A program made the translations under genes and the position numbers. Shown one piece after another: positions 1-9,240 of a DNA stretch of 64,000 bases. Within the stretch, counting starts at the first letter, position 1; each line of letters starts with the position of its first letter. Source of the stretch: Deltaproteobacteria bacterium (GTDB taxonomy: Bacteria; Myxococcota_A; Polyangia; Polyangiales; Houyiibacteriaceae); contig JAXMNT010000006.1 in NCBI GenBank assembly GCA_034670305.1, positions 128,001-192,000 of the forward strand, written 5' to 3'. The notes beneath the pieces are model-generated. The model was given only the letters and a program-made list of their open reading frames with translations, made no database searches and was not told where the DNA came from.

Positions 1-189
1 CACGTGCACTTCGAGTTCATTCACGACGGACGCAACTGCGACCCGGCGGCGCTCTTCCGCCCGGGCGTGCGGCACCGCAGCCGCCTGGCCCGCATCGAGC
101 GCGCGAGTTGGACGCGGGAGAAGCCGGAGAGCGTGATCTGCCACCCGAGGCGAAGACACCCGCGCAGCCGCTGGGTGATGCACGAGTAG
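1..189 (+). CDS. C-terminal end of a probable M23-family metallopeptidase (5' part lies outside the window)
   Basis: Frame opens [15 protein letters not shown], matching the HxHFE...xDP motif at the end of M23 domains; stop TAG at 187-189. Confidence 0.55.
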   Translation, partial: HVHFEFIHDGRNCDPAALFRPGVRHRSRLARIERASWTREKPESVICHPRRRHPRSRWVMHE

Positions 190-233
190 AACCGCGCATT
201 CGAATCCGTAGGAGAAGAGGTGCGCCCGCGGTT

Positions 234-526
234 CCGTGCCCGTGCCCGTGCCCGTGCCCGGGGTTCGCACCGATCCCGACGCCGACGCCGACGCCGACGC
301 CGAAGCCGAAGCCGATGCCGAAGCCGATGCCGAAGCCGATGCCGACGCCGACGCCGATGCCGATGCCGAAGCCGACGCCGACGCCGACGCCGAAGCCGAA
401 GCCGATGCCGAAGCCGATGCCGACGCCGATGCCGACGCCGATGCCGAACCCGATGCCGATGCCGACGCCGACGCCGTGCCGAAGCCGACGCCGAAGCCGA
501 TGCCGACGCCGACGCCGACGCCGACG
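234..526. repeat. Bipartite intergenic repeat: (CCGTGC)x4 then about 42 units of GCCGAN
   Basis: Seen directly; lies between convergent stops at 189 and 532. Confidence 0.95.
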
Positions 527-531
527 ACCGC

Positions 532-3500
532 TCAGTCCGCCGGAGGCGGGGTCCGGTCTCGAGGGCGCCATGCCATGTAGAGGACCGGGAGGACGATCAG
601 GGTGGCGAGGGTTGCGGTGATCATGCCGCCGACCACGACGGTCGCGAGCGGGCGTTGCACTTCGGCGCCGACGCCGGTGTTGAGGGCCATCGGGACGAAG
701 CCGAGCGCGGCGACGAGGGCGGTCATCAAGACCGGGCGCAGGCGCGAGAGCGCGGCCTCTCGGACCGCGTCCACGCGGCGTTGCCCGTGGTCGAGCACCG
801 CGCGGATCCGGGCGACGAGCACCATGTCGCCCAACACCGCGACGCCGCACAACGCGACGAAGCCGACCCCCGCGGAGATCGAGAACGGCAGGTCCCGCGC
901 CCAGAGGGCCAGCACGCCGCCGACCGCTCCGAAGGGCACGCCGACGAAGACACGCAGCGCATCGCGCAGGGTGCCGTACGTCAGGTAGAGCAACCCGAAG
1001 ACGAGCAGCAGCGCGAGCGGGATCACGATCGTCAGCCGGGTGCGCGCACGTTCGAGGTTCTCGAACTGACCACCCACCGACACGTACATGCCATCCGGCA
1101 ACGGGTGGTCGGCCAGCATCGTCTGCACGTCGGCGACGAAGGAGCCGAGGTCTCGGCCTTGCACGTTCGCCTGGACGACGACGCGCCGCTTGGCCCACAC
1201 GCGCTGGATCGACGAGGGGCCTTCGAAGACCTCGACCCGGGCGACCTGCTCGAGCGGAACCCGCGCGCCGCTCGCGGTCGGAACCCGCAGCCGTCGCAGC
1301 GCCGGCACGGTCGAGCGCGCGTCTTCGCCCAGGCGCAGGACCACGTCGAAGCGACGCTGTCCGTCCACGATCTCCCCCACGCGCCGGGTCCCGACCGAAG
1401 CGATCAGATCGAGCAGTTCGCCCGCAGGCACGCCGAGACGACCGGCGGCCTCGCGGTCGATCTCGATGGCGAGCATGGCTTGCCCGGTGAGCTGTTCGAC
1501 GCTCACGTCGGCGGCGCCGTCGATCGCCTCGAGCGCCGCCCCCAGCTGGTCCGCTTCGCGGCGAAGTGCGTCGAGGTCGTCCCCGAAGAGCTCGAGCCCG
1601 ACGTCGGCTCGGATGCCCGCGACCATCTCGTTGAGCCGCATCTCGATCGGCTGAGTGAAGATGCTGCGCATGCCGGGCAGACCGTCGAGCGTGGCGCGCA
1701 TGTGGTCGACGAGCCCGTCCTGGTCCTGCGCCACCGTCCACTCATCGCGTGGCGTGAGCGTGACGAAGACGTCCGAGACCTCGAGGCCCATGGGGTCGGT
1801 CGCGACCTCCGCGGTGCCGGTCCGCGTCCAGACATGCGCGACCTCGTCTGGGAAGCGCTCGAGCAGAAGGCGCTCGATCTGGGTGCCGTAGCGCACGGAC
1901 TCATCGAGCGAGACGCCAGCGATGCGCACCGTGTTGATGACCACCGCCTGTTCGCGAAGCCGGGGCACGAACTCCGAGCCGAGCTGCGTCGCGAGGCCAG
2001 CCGCAGCGAGCACCACGCAGACCGCGCTGCCGAGCACGAGGCGGGGATGGGCGAGGGCGCGCGCGAGCGCGGGCCGGTACACGACGAGCAGCGCGCGCAT
2101 CAACACTTGGTCGATGCGTTTGGCGCGTTGGGCGTGGACCGGGCGGCGCTTGCGTTCGAGCGCGTAGCTGGCGAGCACCGGCATCAGCGTGACCGAGAGC
2201 AGCATCGAGCCGAGCAGGGCGAACACGACCGTCAGCGCCATGGGCCGGAACAGCTTGCCTTCGATGCCCTCCAGCGTGAGCACCGGCAGGTAGACGGCGG
2301 CGATGACGAGCTCGCCGAAGAGCGTCGGGCGGCGTACTTCGACCGCGGCATCGCGGACGACATCGCGCACCGGACGGTCTGGTTCCTCACCCACCCGGCG
2401 CGCGGCGTTCTCCACCATCACGACGGAGCTGTCGACGACGAGCCCGAAGTCGATCGCACCAAGACTCATCAGGCTGCCCGCGATCCCGAACCGGATCATC
2501 GCGTCGAAGGCAAAGAGCATCGAGAGCGGAATCGCGAGGGCGACGATCAGCCCCGCGCGCACGCTCCCGAGGAACATGAAAAGCACCGCGACGACCAGCA
2601 GAGCGCCCTCGAGCAGGTTCTCCTGCACGGTCTCGAGCACTTGGTCGACAAGATCGGTCCGCTCGTACACGCGCGTCAGCGCGGCGCCTTCGGGCAGTGT
2701 GTGTTCGACCTCGATCAGCCGTTCACGCAGCCGCTCGGTCAGCGCGTGGCTGTTCTCTCCCGCGAGCATGAACCCGAGTCCGAGCACGGCTTCCCCCTGC
2801 CCCTGGTAGGTCACTGCGCCGCGGCGGGTCTCGTGGCCGACGCGGACTTCCGCGACGTCGGAGAGGTGAACCGGCACGCCGTCTGCGTGCGCGAGGACCA
2901 TCGAGGCGAGATCCTCGGGCCCCGTCGCCAGCCCTTGCCCTTGCACGAGCAACGCCTCGCCGGCCTGGTCGAGCGAGCCTCCGCCGACGTTTCGGTTCCC
3001 CTCTCGGAGCGCACGCGCCACGTCGTCGAGGGTGAGTTCGTGCGCCGCGAGCGCGTCGGGGTCGACGAGTACATGGACCTGTTTCTCCCGGCCACCCCAC
3101 GTGTTGATCTCCGCGACGCCAGGCACCTGGACGAGCTGCGGCCGCACCACCCAGTGGTGCAGGGTGCGGAGCTCTTCGGGCGAGAGCGTCTCGCTGTGAA
3201 GCACGTACTGGAACACCTCGCCGAGCCCGGTCGCGATGGGACCAAGGGAGGGCGGACGCACATCGACCGGCAATCGCACGGAGCCCACCCGCTCGCTGAC
3301 GAGTTGGCGCGCGCGAAAGAGGCCGCCCCCTTCGAGCGCGGCGTCGTCCTCGAACACCGTGGTCACCTGGGAGAACCCGAACTTCGAAACGGAGCGGACC
3401 TCCCGCAGGCCCGGCAGCCCCGAGAGCGCTTGTTCGATGGGGAAGGTGACCTGCCGCTCGACCTCCAGCGGAGAGAGCGCGGGCGCGTTCGTGTTGACCT

Positions 3501-3642
3501 GAACCTGCACCGGCGTCGTGTCCGGGAACGCGTCGAGCGGGAGCTCGCCCATCCGGACCAGACCGAAACACGTGAAGAGCGCGGCCGCGAGCAGCACCAC
3601 GGGGCGGTGGTTCAGGCAGAGGTCGATGAGGCGCGTCAACAT
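532..3642 (-). CDS. czcA: CzcA/CusA-family heavy-metal RND efflux permease
   Basis: 1036 aa; [71 protein letters not shown] motifs. Confidence 0.95.
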   Translation of the reverse strand: MLTRLIDLCLNHRPVVLLAAALFTCFGLVRMGELPLDAFPDTTPVQVQVNTNAPALSPLEVERQVTFPIEQALSGLPGLREVRSVSKFGFSQVTTVFEDDAALEGGGLFRARQLVSERVGSVRLPVDVRPPSLGPIATGLGEVFQYVLHSETLSPEELRTLHHWVVRPQLVQVPGVAEINTWGGREKQVHVLVDPDALAAHELTLDDVARALREGNRNVGGGSLDQAGEALLVQGQGLATGPEDLASMVLAHADGVPVHLSDVAEVRVGHETRRGAVTYQGQGEAVLGLGFMLAGENSHALTERLRERLIEVEHTLPEGAALTRVYERTDLVDQVLETVQENLLEGALLVVAVLFMFLGSVRAGLIVALAIPLSMLFAFDAMIRFGIAGSLMSLGAIDFGLVVDSSVVMVENAARRVGEEPDRPVRDVVRDAAVEVRRPTLFGELVIAAVYLPVLTLEGIEGKLFRPMALTVVFALLGSMLLSVTLMPVLASYALERKRRPVHAQRAKRIDQVLMRALLVVYRPALARALAHPRLVLGSAVCVVLAAAGLATQLGSEFVPRLREQAVVINTVRIAGVSLDESVRYGTQIERLLLERFPDEVAHVWTRTGTAEVATDPMGLEVSDVFVTLTPRDEWTVAQDQDGLVDHMRATLDGLPGMRSIFTQPIEMRLNEMVAGIRADVGLELFGDDLDALRREADQLGAALEAIDGAADVSVEQLTGQAMLAIEIDREAAGRLGVPAGELLDLIASVGTRRVGEIVDGQRRFDVVLRLGEDARSTVPALRRLRVPTASGARVPLEQVARVEVFEGPSSIQRVWAKRRVVVQANVQGRDLGSFVADVQTMLADHPLPDGMYVSVGGQFENLERARTRLTIVIPLALLLVFGLLYLTYGTLRDALRVFVGVPFGAVGGVLALWARDLPFSISAGVGFVALCGVAVLGDMVLVARIRAVLDHGQRRVDAVREAALSRLRPVLMTALVAALGFVPMALNTGVGAEVQRPLATVVVGGMITATLATLIVLPVLYMAWRPRDRTPPPAD

Positions 3643-3646
3643 CGCG

Positions 3647-5095
3647 TCACTCGTCTCCCGTCCCGCCTGGGACCTCGCAGCAGCCCGCGCCGATGCTCCC
3701 CGGCAAGACCTCGGTGCGCAGGAGCACCGCGCCGGTGGTCACGACGGCGTCGCCGACCTCGACGCGCCCGACGACGTGCACCAGGCCATCGGCTTCCGCG
3801 CCTTCGCTGGCCGATCGGGTGACGACGCGCGGGTGGTACTCGCCCTCCGAGACCCGCACGAACACGACCTCGTGACCGCCCACGCGTTGAACCGCGGTCC
3901 GCGGCACGCCCACACCCTCAGAAGGCGCATCCGCGTGGACCCGCGCCCGGCCGTACTGCTCCGCGCGCAAACGGCCGTCTGGGTTCGCGAGCTCGATGCG
4001 CGCGGTGACGGTGCGTGTGCGCTCGTCGAGTTCTGCGGCCACCCAGGTGACTTCGCCATCGACGGTGTGTCCGCCGACTTCGACGCGTGCGTGGGCGCCG
4101 ACGGTCAGCGACGACGCGTCCGCTTCGCGCACGTCGCAGAGCGCCCACATGCGCGAGGTGTCGACGATCATGGCGAGCGCGCGGTCGGGGGAAGCGAGCG
4201 TGCCAAGGACGGCGGGACGACGCACGACTTCGCCGGCGATCGGTGCTCGAACGACGGCGCGGCCGTTCGGGGTCGCGCCGCCCGCGCCCGCGACGCGCAG
4301 AAAGGCTTGGGCGGAGCGGACGTCGGTGGACGCCGACGCGTGCTCGCGCTCCGCCAACTCGACGTCGCGGGCGGCGTTGACGTCGTCCTCGCGAAGGGAC
4401 CGCTGCCGCGTCAGGTTGGCGTCCGCGATCCGAAGTCGTTCGCGGGCGCGGGCGAGCGCCCCCTGACCGTCGCTGACTTGGCTGGCTTCGAGATCGAAGA
4501 GCGGCTGGCCGGCGGTGACGTGGTCTCCGAGATCCACCCGGACGCGACGCACGACGCCGCTGACCGCCGAGCGCACCTCGGCGAGGCGGTCCGCGTCGAA
4601 CGCGATGTGGACGGGGCACGCGATCGCGGCGCCTGTCAGGGGGCGTGTGGCGGGTTCGGTCGCGATGCCGGCGACGCGTTCTAGATCGGTGTCGCGCAGA
4701 AACACGAACCGCGTCTCGATCTGTGCGGGCTCGAGCGGCGCGTCCTCGTCACCGCCCGCTTGGTCTGGCGCGGTCTCGTCCGGGGCGTTGGCCTCGGCCG
4801 CCCGTCGGGCGGCTTCCTCGGGATGGCAGACCGGGCAGAACGATTCCGCGAACCCATGTTCGCCGCACCAGTTGCCGCGCGCGCGGTAGACCGCTTCGAG
4901 GGTGGGGTTGCAACGTGCGCAGACCGCGTAGGGCAGCCCGTGTTCGCACACCGTGGGAGGCGTCTCACGGACGGCCCGCGGCTCGGAGGGGCCGGCGTCG
5001 TTGCATCCGAACATCGGCGACGCGAGCGCGAGCCAGAAGACGAACGATGCGGTGCCGGCTGTCGGAGTCGCAGTGGTGGTGGGGGCGGCGGTCAT
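3647..5095 (-). CDS. czcB: CzcB-like RND periplasmic adaptor with an N-terminal Cys/His metal-binding extension
   Basis: Adaptor motifs (VRAPIAGEV, LDERTRTVTARIELANPDGRLR, VPRTAVQ); start at 5095 overlaps the upstream stop (ATGA). Confidence 0.9.
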   Translation of the reverse strand: MTAAPTTTATPTAGTASFVFWLALASPMFGCNDAGPSEPRAVRETPPTVCEHGLPYAVCARCNPTLEAVYRARGNWCGEHGFAESFCPVCHPEEAARRAAEANAPDETAPDQAGGDEDAPLEPAQIETRFVFLRDTDLERVAGIATEPATRPLTGAAIACPVHIAFDADRLAEVRSAVSGVVRRVRVDLGDHVTAGQPLFDLEASQVSDGQGALARARERLRIADANLTRQRSLREDDVNAARDVELAEREHASASTDVRSAQAFLRVAGAGGATPNGRAVVRAPIAGEVVRRPAVLGTLASPDRALAMIVDTSRMWALCDVREADASSLTVGAHARVEVGGHTVDGEVTWVAAELDERTRTVTARIELANPDGRLRAEQYGRARVHADAPSEGVGVPRTAVQRVGGHEVVFVRVSEGEYHPRVVTRSASEGAEADGLVHVVGRVEVGDAVVTTGAVLLRTEVLPGSIGAGCCEVPGGTGDE

Positions 5096-5481
5096 GGACT
5101 CGTCGGCGCCTCGGCGGGTGGACGCTCGATGACGAGACCGGGGTTGCAGACGCGGCACTGCGATTGCGGAAGTTGGTGCTCCTCGCACCAGTCGCCCGTC
5201 GCCTGGAACGCGGGGATGAGGTCCGGGTTGCAGCGCGTGCACAGCGACTCGGGCACGCCGTGTTCGCCGCACCAGTCCGCGTGCGAACCCGCCGTGACAC
5301 CGGCCGCGCGCGCGGAGGCCCAGTGGCTTTCGCCTTCGTGGTTGTCGTGCCCTTCCTCGTGGGCTTCGTGGACTGCCGCTTCACCGTCCGGGGCGTCGTC
5401 GCAGGCGGGCAAGGAGACGGCGGCCAGCAAGGCGAAGGCCAAGAAGAAGTGGGAACGGGCGTGGGTGGAGGCGAGGGTCAT
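5092..5481 (-). CDS. Small lipoprotein with a His-rich linker and tandem WCxEHxxPxSxCxxC motifs
   Basis: Signal peptide with LPAC lipobox; coupled to czcB; AAGGA ribosome binding site upstream. Confidence 0.8.
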   Translation of the reverse strand: MTLASTHARSHFFLAFALLAAVSLPACDDAPDGEAAVHEAHEEGHDNHEGESHWASARAAGVTAGSHADWCGEHGVPESLCTRCNPDLIPAFQATGDWCEEHQLPQSQCRVCNPGLVIERPPAEAPTSP

Positions 5482-5526
5482 GGTCGTGTCCTTTCGGGGG
5501 GTGTGGGTGGGGACGCGGTGGTCCCC

Positions 5527-6756
5527 CTAGGGGGAGCGTCTGGGCGCGAAGTCGTCGAGCGCGCCCCGCAGGTCGGTGGTGGCGAGCGCCGCGTCCCGCA
5601 GGAGAACTGCGAGTGCGCGACGGGTCGCGGCGAGTTCGCGCCGGACCGCGAGCAGATCCGCCAAACGGGTCGCGCCAGATTCGTACGACCGGAGCGCAAG
5701 CGCTTCGGCGCGACGCAGAGTTGCGTCGGCCGCGTCGTGGCGGTCAACAGCGGCGGCGAGTGCGTCGGCGACCTCGGCCGTGGTCGCGATCTCGGTCGAC
5801 GCAATGTGCTCGGCGAGGGCGAGTTCGTCGGCGACACGCTCCCGGCGGGCGTGGGCGCGCGCGACGCGTCCCTGGTCGCGTTCGAAGATCGGCAGGCTCA
5901 GACCGACGACGCCCCGAACGACATCGGCGCCTTCTTCGCGCTGGTACTGCACGCCGAGCGTGAGGTCCGGCGCGCGGCCGGCGCGACCGAGCCTCCCGTC
6001 CGCTTCCGCCTCCGCGACCGCCTCCCGAAGCGCGCGCACGTCCGCGCGCTCGTGTCCGTGGCCACCACGTGGCCGGTCGAGCGCGATGTCGCGAATCGAT
6101 CCTCGGGCGCGCACCCGACCGGTGCCGAGGATCTGTGCGAGCGCGCCCTGGCGCAGGTTCAGCTCGGCCAGCGACTGCTCGTGTTCGGCGTCGGTACGCA
6201 CGAGCGCCACCTCCGCGAGCGCGAGATCCAGGCCGCTCCCATCGCCGGTCTCGTGGCGACGGCGCGCGACCTCCAGCAAGGAGGCCGCCCGTTCCCGTTC
6301 GGCGGTCGCGATTCGAAGCAGCTCCGCCGCGTGCAGGGCGCGCACGAAACGCGCGCCGGTCTCGCGCAACCGCCGCCGCATCGCGTCGTCCCGTTCGGAC
6401 CCGCGCACGGCGGTGCGGGTCTGGGCCAGCGCCTCGCGGCGCGCGCCGGTCCGCCCCAAGGGGAACGACTGCACCACGCGCACCAGCACATCGACCGACT
6501 GGGAACCGTCGCGCTGCCGACGCGGGCCCGCCATCGCGACCAGGTCGGGGTTGCGGCGCCAACGGCCCGCCGTGCGCTCGTGTGCGCGCGCCTCCTCGAC
6601 GCGGGCTTCGGCGACCTGCGCCGCCAGGCCTTGCCGAGCCAGACGCAACGCGTCCTCATAGGTGATCTCGATGGCGTGATCCTGCGCACCCGCGCGCCTC
6701 ATCGTCGATGGGCATGCGAGCACGAGCAGGCACGCTCCGGCTCTCGTCCAGAACAT
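5527..6756 (-). CDS. czcC: CzcC/TolC-family outer-membrane efflux protein
   Basis: Signal peptide, PDLTLGVQY, VGLSLPIFERDQG, YESGATRLADLL; GGAGGAGAAGGA directly upstream of ATG 6756. Confidence 0.85.
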   Translation of the reverse strand: MFWTRAGACLLVLACPSTMRRAGAQDHAIEITYEDALRLARQGLAAQVAEARVEEARAHERTAGRWRRNPDLVAMAGPRRQRDGSQSVDVLVRVVQSFPLGRTGARREALAQTRTAVRGSERDDAMRRRLRETGARFVRALHAAELLRIATAERERAASLLEVARRRHETGDGSGLDLALAEVALVRTDAEHEQSLAELNLRQGALAQILGTGRVRARGSIRDIALDRPRGGHGHERADVRALREAVAEAEADGRLGRAGRAPDLTLGVQYQREEGADVVRGVVGLSLPIFERDQGRVARAHARRERVADELALAEHIASTEIATTAEVADALAAAVDRHDAADATLRRAEALALRSYESGATRLADLLAVRRELAATRRALAVLLRDAALATTDLRGALDDFAPRRSP

Positions 6757-6809
6757 TCCTTCTCCTCCAGTGGACGCGACGCGGCGCCATGGGCTGGGTC
6801 CGATCGATC

Positions 6810-6856
6810 CACGCGCTCGCACGACGTCGGTGACGTCGTGCATTCAAGAGCGCGTG
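6810..6856. promoter_or_regulatory. Strong hairpin between the leader ORF and czcC
   Basis: CACGCGCTC/GAGCGCGTG (9 bp) plus GCACGACGTC/GACGTCGTGC (10 bp) stems, starting 4 nt after the stop at 6860. Confidence 0.6.
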
Positions 6857-6859
6857 CGC

Positions 6860-7222
6860 TCAGGCCCGCGGAGGTCGGAAGACGCCGGTGCCCGCGCCGC
6901 GCAAGGCGCGGGTGGTAGGCGTCGCGGCTTCGGCGCCCACCTCGAGGAGACGCGCGGGGCACAGCTGCCAGGCGGTCCACACGCCGACGGATGCGGCCGG
7001 ACCCGACGCTGCGCAGGAGCATGGCTCGGGGCAATCGGGCGGACACCCGTGGTCGTCGTCGTGCTCGGCCGCGTCGTCGTCGTCTTCGGCGCTCGCTGCG
7101 TGTTCGTGGGCGTCGCCGTCGTCCACGTGCACGACGTGCGCGTGGTCGCAACAGGTCGACTCAGCAGGCTTCATGAACACGAGCGCCAACCAAACGGCGG
7201 CAAGCAGGACGACGAGCCTCAT
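6860..7222 (-). CDS. Exported His/Cys/Asp-rich CzcI/DUF2946-like protein ending in FRPPRA
   Basis: MRLVVLLAAVWLALVF N-terminus, HAHVVH...HEH...CPPDCPEPCSC, C-terminal RPP motif; first gene of the czc operon. Confidence 0.7.
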   Translation of the reverse strand: MRLVVLLAAVWLALVFMKPAESTCCDHAHVVHVDDGDAHEHAASAEDDDDAAEHDDDHGCPPDCPEPCSCAASGPAASVGVWTAWQLCPARLLEVGAEAATPTTRALRGAGTGVFRPPRA

Positions 7223-7271
7223 CGAGGATCGTGATAGCAGCGCACCCGCCGGAAGGCGAGTCGTATTGGGG

Positions 7272-7455
7272 CCGTGCCCTTGCCCGTGCCCTTGCCCGTG
7301 CCCCTTGCCCGTGCCCTTGCCCGTGCCCTTGCCCTCGGTGCGAGTCGAAGCCGAAGCCGATGCCGATGCCGATGCCGATGCCGATGCCGATTCCGATGGC
7401 GACGCCGACGCCGATGCCGATGCCGAAGCCGACGCCGATGCCGATGCCGATGCCG
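7272..7455. repeat. Bipartite repeat: (TGCCCK)n then about 18 units of GCCGAN
   Basis: Seen directly in the divergent intergenic region; same order and orientation as 234-526. Confidence 0.95.
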
Positions 7456-7525
7456 TGCGCTGGGCCGGCAATTGCCGCCGGTTTGGGGCGCGGAACGGGC
7501 TCGGATGCTAGACTTGGCCGTGTAG

Positions 7526-8134
7526 ATGACGACCGTCACCGAAGCCGCCAAAATTTTCCTCACCGATGATGAGAACGCCGCGCTCGAGGAGGGTGACCTC
7601 GACCGAATTTGCGCGGATCCCGCGCTGGCGCAGCGCATGGCGCGCAAGCTCGTCGCGTTGGCCCGCAAGACGATGCCGAACCGCGAGTGGACGCCGGAGG
7701 ATCTGCGCGACGTGCTCGAGGTGGCGGTGCATGGGACGCCACAGAAGGCTGCGCGGCTGCTCGAGGGGCGGTACTTTCGCAAGCGGCTGCGTGAGCAGAT
7801 CAACCTCGCCGACCGGTATGGAGACACGTTCGCGGTGGTCGTGCTCTCCATGGTCGAAGGGGTGGGCCAGGAGGTCTACACCTCGGTGCTGGACGCGGTG
7901 ACGGAGCGGCTTCGGCGGACCGACATGGTCTTCCTCTACCGCCGCCGATTCGCGCTCGTGCTGCCCCGCATGCGGGTCGCGTCGCTCGAACCGCTGCTCG
8001 AGCGGGTGCTGGCGCTGATCGCGGTGGGCGCAGGGTCGCAGGCGCTCGAGAGCATCCACTCCCTGGTTTATCCAGAGAGCACCATCGAGGACGGCACCGA
8101 AGTGCTCGACTGGGCGGAAGACCAGCTGCGCTGA
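7526..8134 (+). CDS. Degenerate GGDEF-fold protein
   Basis: RYFRKRLREQINLADRYGDTFAVVVL and LRRTDMVFLYRRRFALVLP follow the GGDEF pattern but lack the GG(D/E)EF motif. Confidence 0.6.
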   Translation: MTTVTEAAKIFLTDDENAALEEGDLDRICADPALAQRMARKLVALARKTMPNREWTPEDLRDVLEVAVHGTPQKAARLLEGRYFRKRLREQINLADRYGDTFAVVVLSMVEGVGQEVYTSVLDAVTERLRRTDMVFLYRRRFALVLPRMRVASLEPLLERVLALIAVGAGSQALESIHSLVYPESTIEDGTEVLDWAEDQLR

Positions 8135-8185
8135 CAGCGCGCGCGCGCTGTCCCCTTGCCCTTGCCCTTGCCCCTGCCCCTGCCC
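8133..8185. terminator. 20-bp perfect palindrome plus (CCCYTG)n tract between convergent genes; possible bidirectional terminator
   Basis: GACAGCGCGCGCGCGCTGTC at 8133-8152 is self-complementary; no U-tail. Confidence 0.4.
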
Positions 8186-8234
8186 TCGATTCAGGCGAGT
8201 TCAAGGCTCTGCCTCCTTCGCGGCGTTTGCCCGG

Positions 8235-9062
8235 CTACCGCCGGTCCAGCAAGAGCAGCAGCTTCGTCGCGCGCGCGTTGCCCGGTTCGATCACCAGCAC
8301 CTGCTCGAGTGCGGCGCGCATGCCCATGACGTTGCGCCGTTCGAAGAGCGCGCTCGCCAACCGGAAGAGACAGTCACGCGCGGCCGGCAGGCTCCCGCTC
8401 TGCAGATGAAACTCGGCGATGCGTCGCAGGAGCAAAAGATCCCGCGGGTAGGCCGCGATGAGGCGCTCGAGGCGGTCGGCGACTTCTTCCTTGTGGCCGT
8501 ACCGGAGCAGGACCGGCATGTCCTTCATGACCCGCTCGAGTTCGCGGGGCGGGATCTCACCGTCCTCGCTGGCTTCGGGCAGTGGTGCGGCCGGTGGGTG
8601 CACGCTCTTGACGTCGGGCACGAGTCGTTCGGCCTCGAGGCGCTGGGAGGTGGAGCCGCCGCCATGCGCGACCGGATCCAGCGCGGCCATGGCGGCCGGG
8701 GTCATCGCGGGGGGAGGGCGGGTGCTCGGCCGAGTGAGCAGAAGCGGCTCCGGTTCGAGTTCTTCCTCGAGCTCGCGCCGCAGCTCGTCGCCGACTTCGG
8801 GCGGCCCGAACACCTTCGGTGACGCGGGCTGTCCAGTGATCGGCACGACGCCGAGGCTGACCACCGGCGGAGGTGCCAGGGCCAACGATTCGACCACCGC
8901 CTCGGGCGTGGTCCCCTCGGCTTCGAACCCTTCGTCGCGCGCGTCCGCCCGGCGGGTGCGGGCCTGGCGGGAGAGGGCGTTGGCGTTCCGCACGAAGGCT
9001 TGAAAGGTGATCTCCACGTCGGGGAGGGTCATCAAGCGCTCGGTCGCGGTGGCCATGCCCAT
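8235..9062 (-). CDS. Hypothetical protein with a Pro/acidic linker and C-terminal TPR-like helices
   Basis: ALEQVLVIEPGNARA and LIAAYPRDLLLLRRIAEFH are TPR-like; start uncertain. Confidence 0.6.
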   Translation of the reverse strand: MGMATATERLMTLPDVEITFQAFVRNANALSRQARTRRADARDEGFEAEGTTPEAVVESLALAPPPVVSLGVVPITGQPASPKVFGPPEVGDELRRELEEELEPEPLLLTRPSTRPPPAMTPAAMAALDPVAHGGGSTSQRLEAERLVPDVKSVHPPAAPLPEASEDGEIPPRELERVMKDMPVLLRYGHKEEVADRLERLIAAYPRDLLLLRRIAEFHLQSGSLPAARDCLFRLASALFERRNVMGMRAALEQVLVIEPGNARATKLLLLLDRR

Positions 9063-9240
9063 GTCATACGTGAGCCGCCGACATCGAACAACCACGGCGA
9101 CGGCCTCGCGGTGCAAACGCCTTCCGAATCACCACTGATCCTTGCGCGGCGGGCCCTCGCCCGCCTATACCAGCACCCCTGAACGGCGGTACAGGATCCG
9201 CCCCCGAGGCCGCCCACCTGGCCTCCCTCGTCGACCCCAC

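Noticed and set aside
108-620. ORFs running through the hexamer arrays (poly-PT/PK/PM, AD/AE, SA, GF/GV)
   Set aside because: GCCGAN has no stop codon in any frame, so open frames are expected. There is no consistent start, ribosome binding site or frame across loci. Variation is synonymous in the Ser-Ala frame, but that alone does not show coding.
17-3822. Long alternative-frame and antisense ORFs (for example 220-3822 +, 9064-11565 -, 61621-63921 +)
   Set aside because: Shadow ORFs typical of high-GC DNA; they overlap clearly identifiable genes and carry no motifs.
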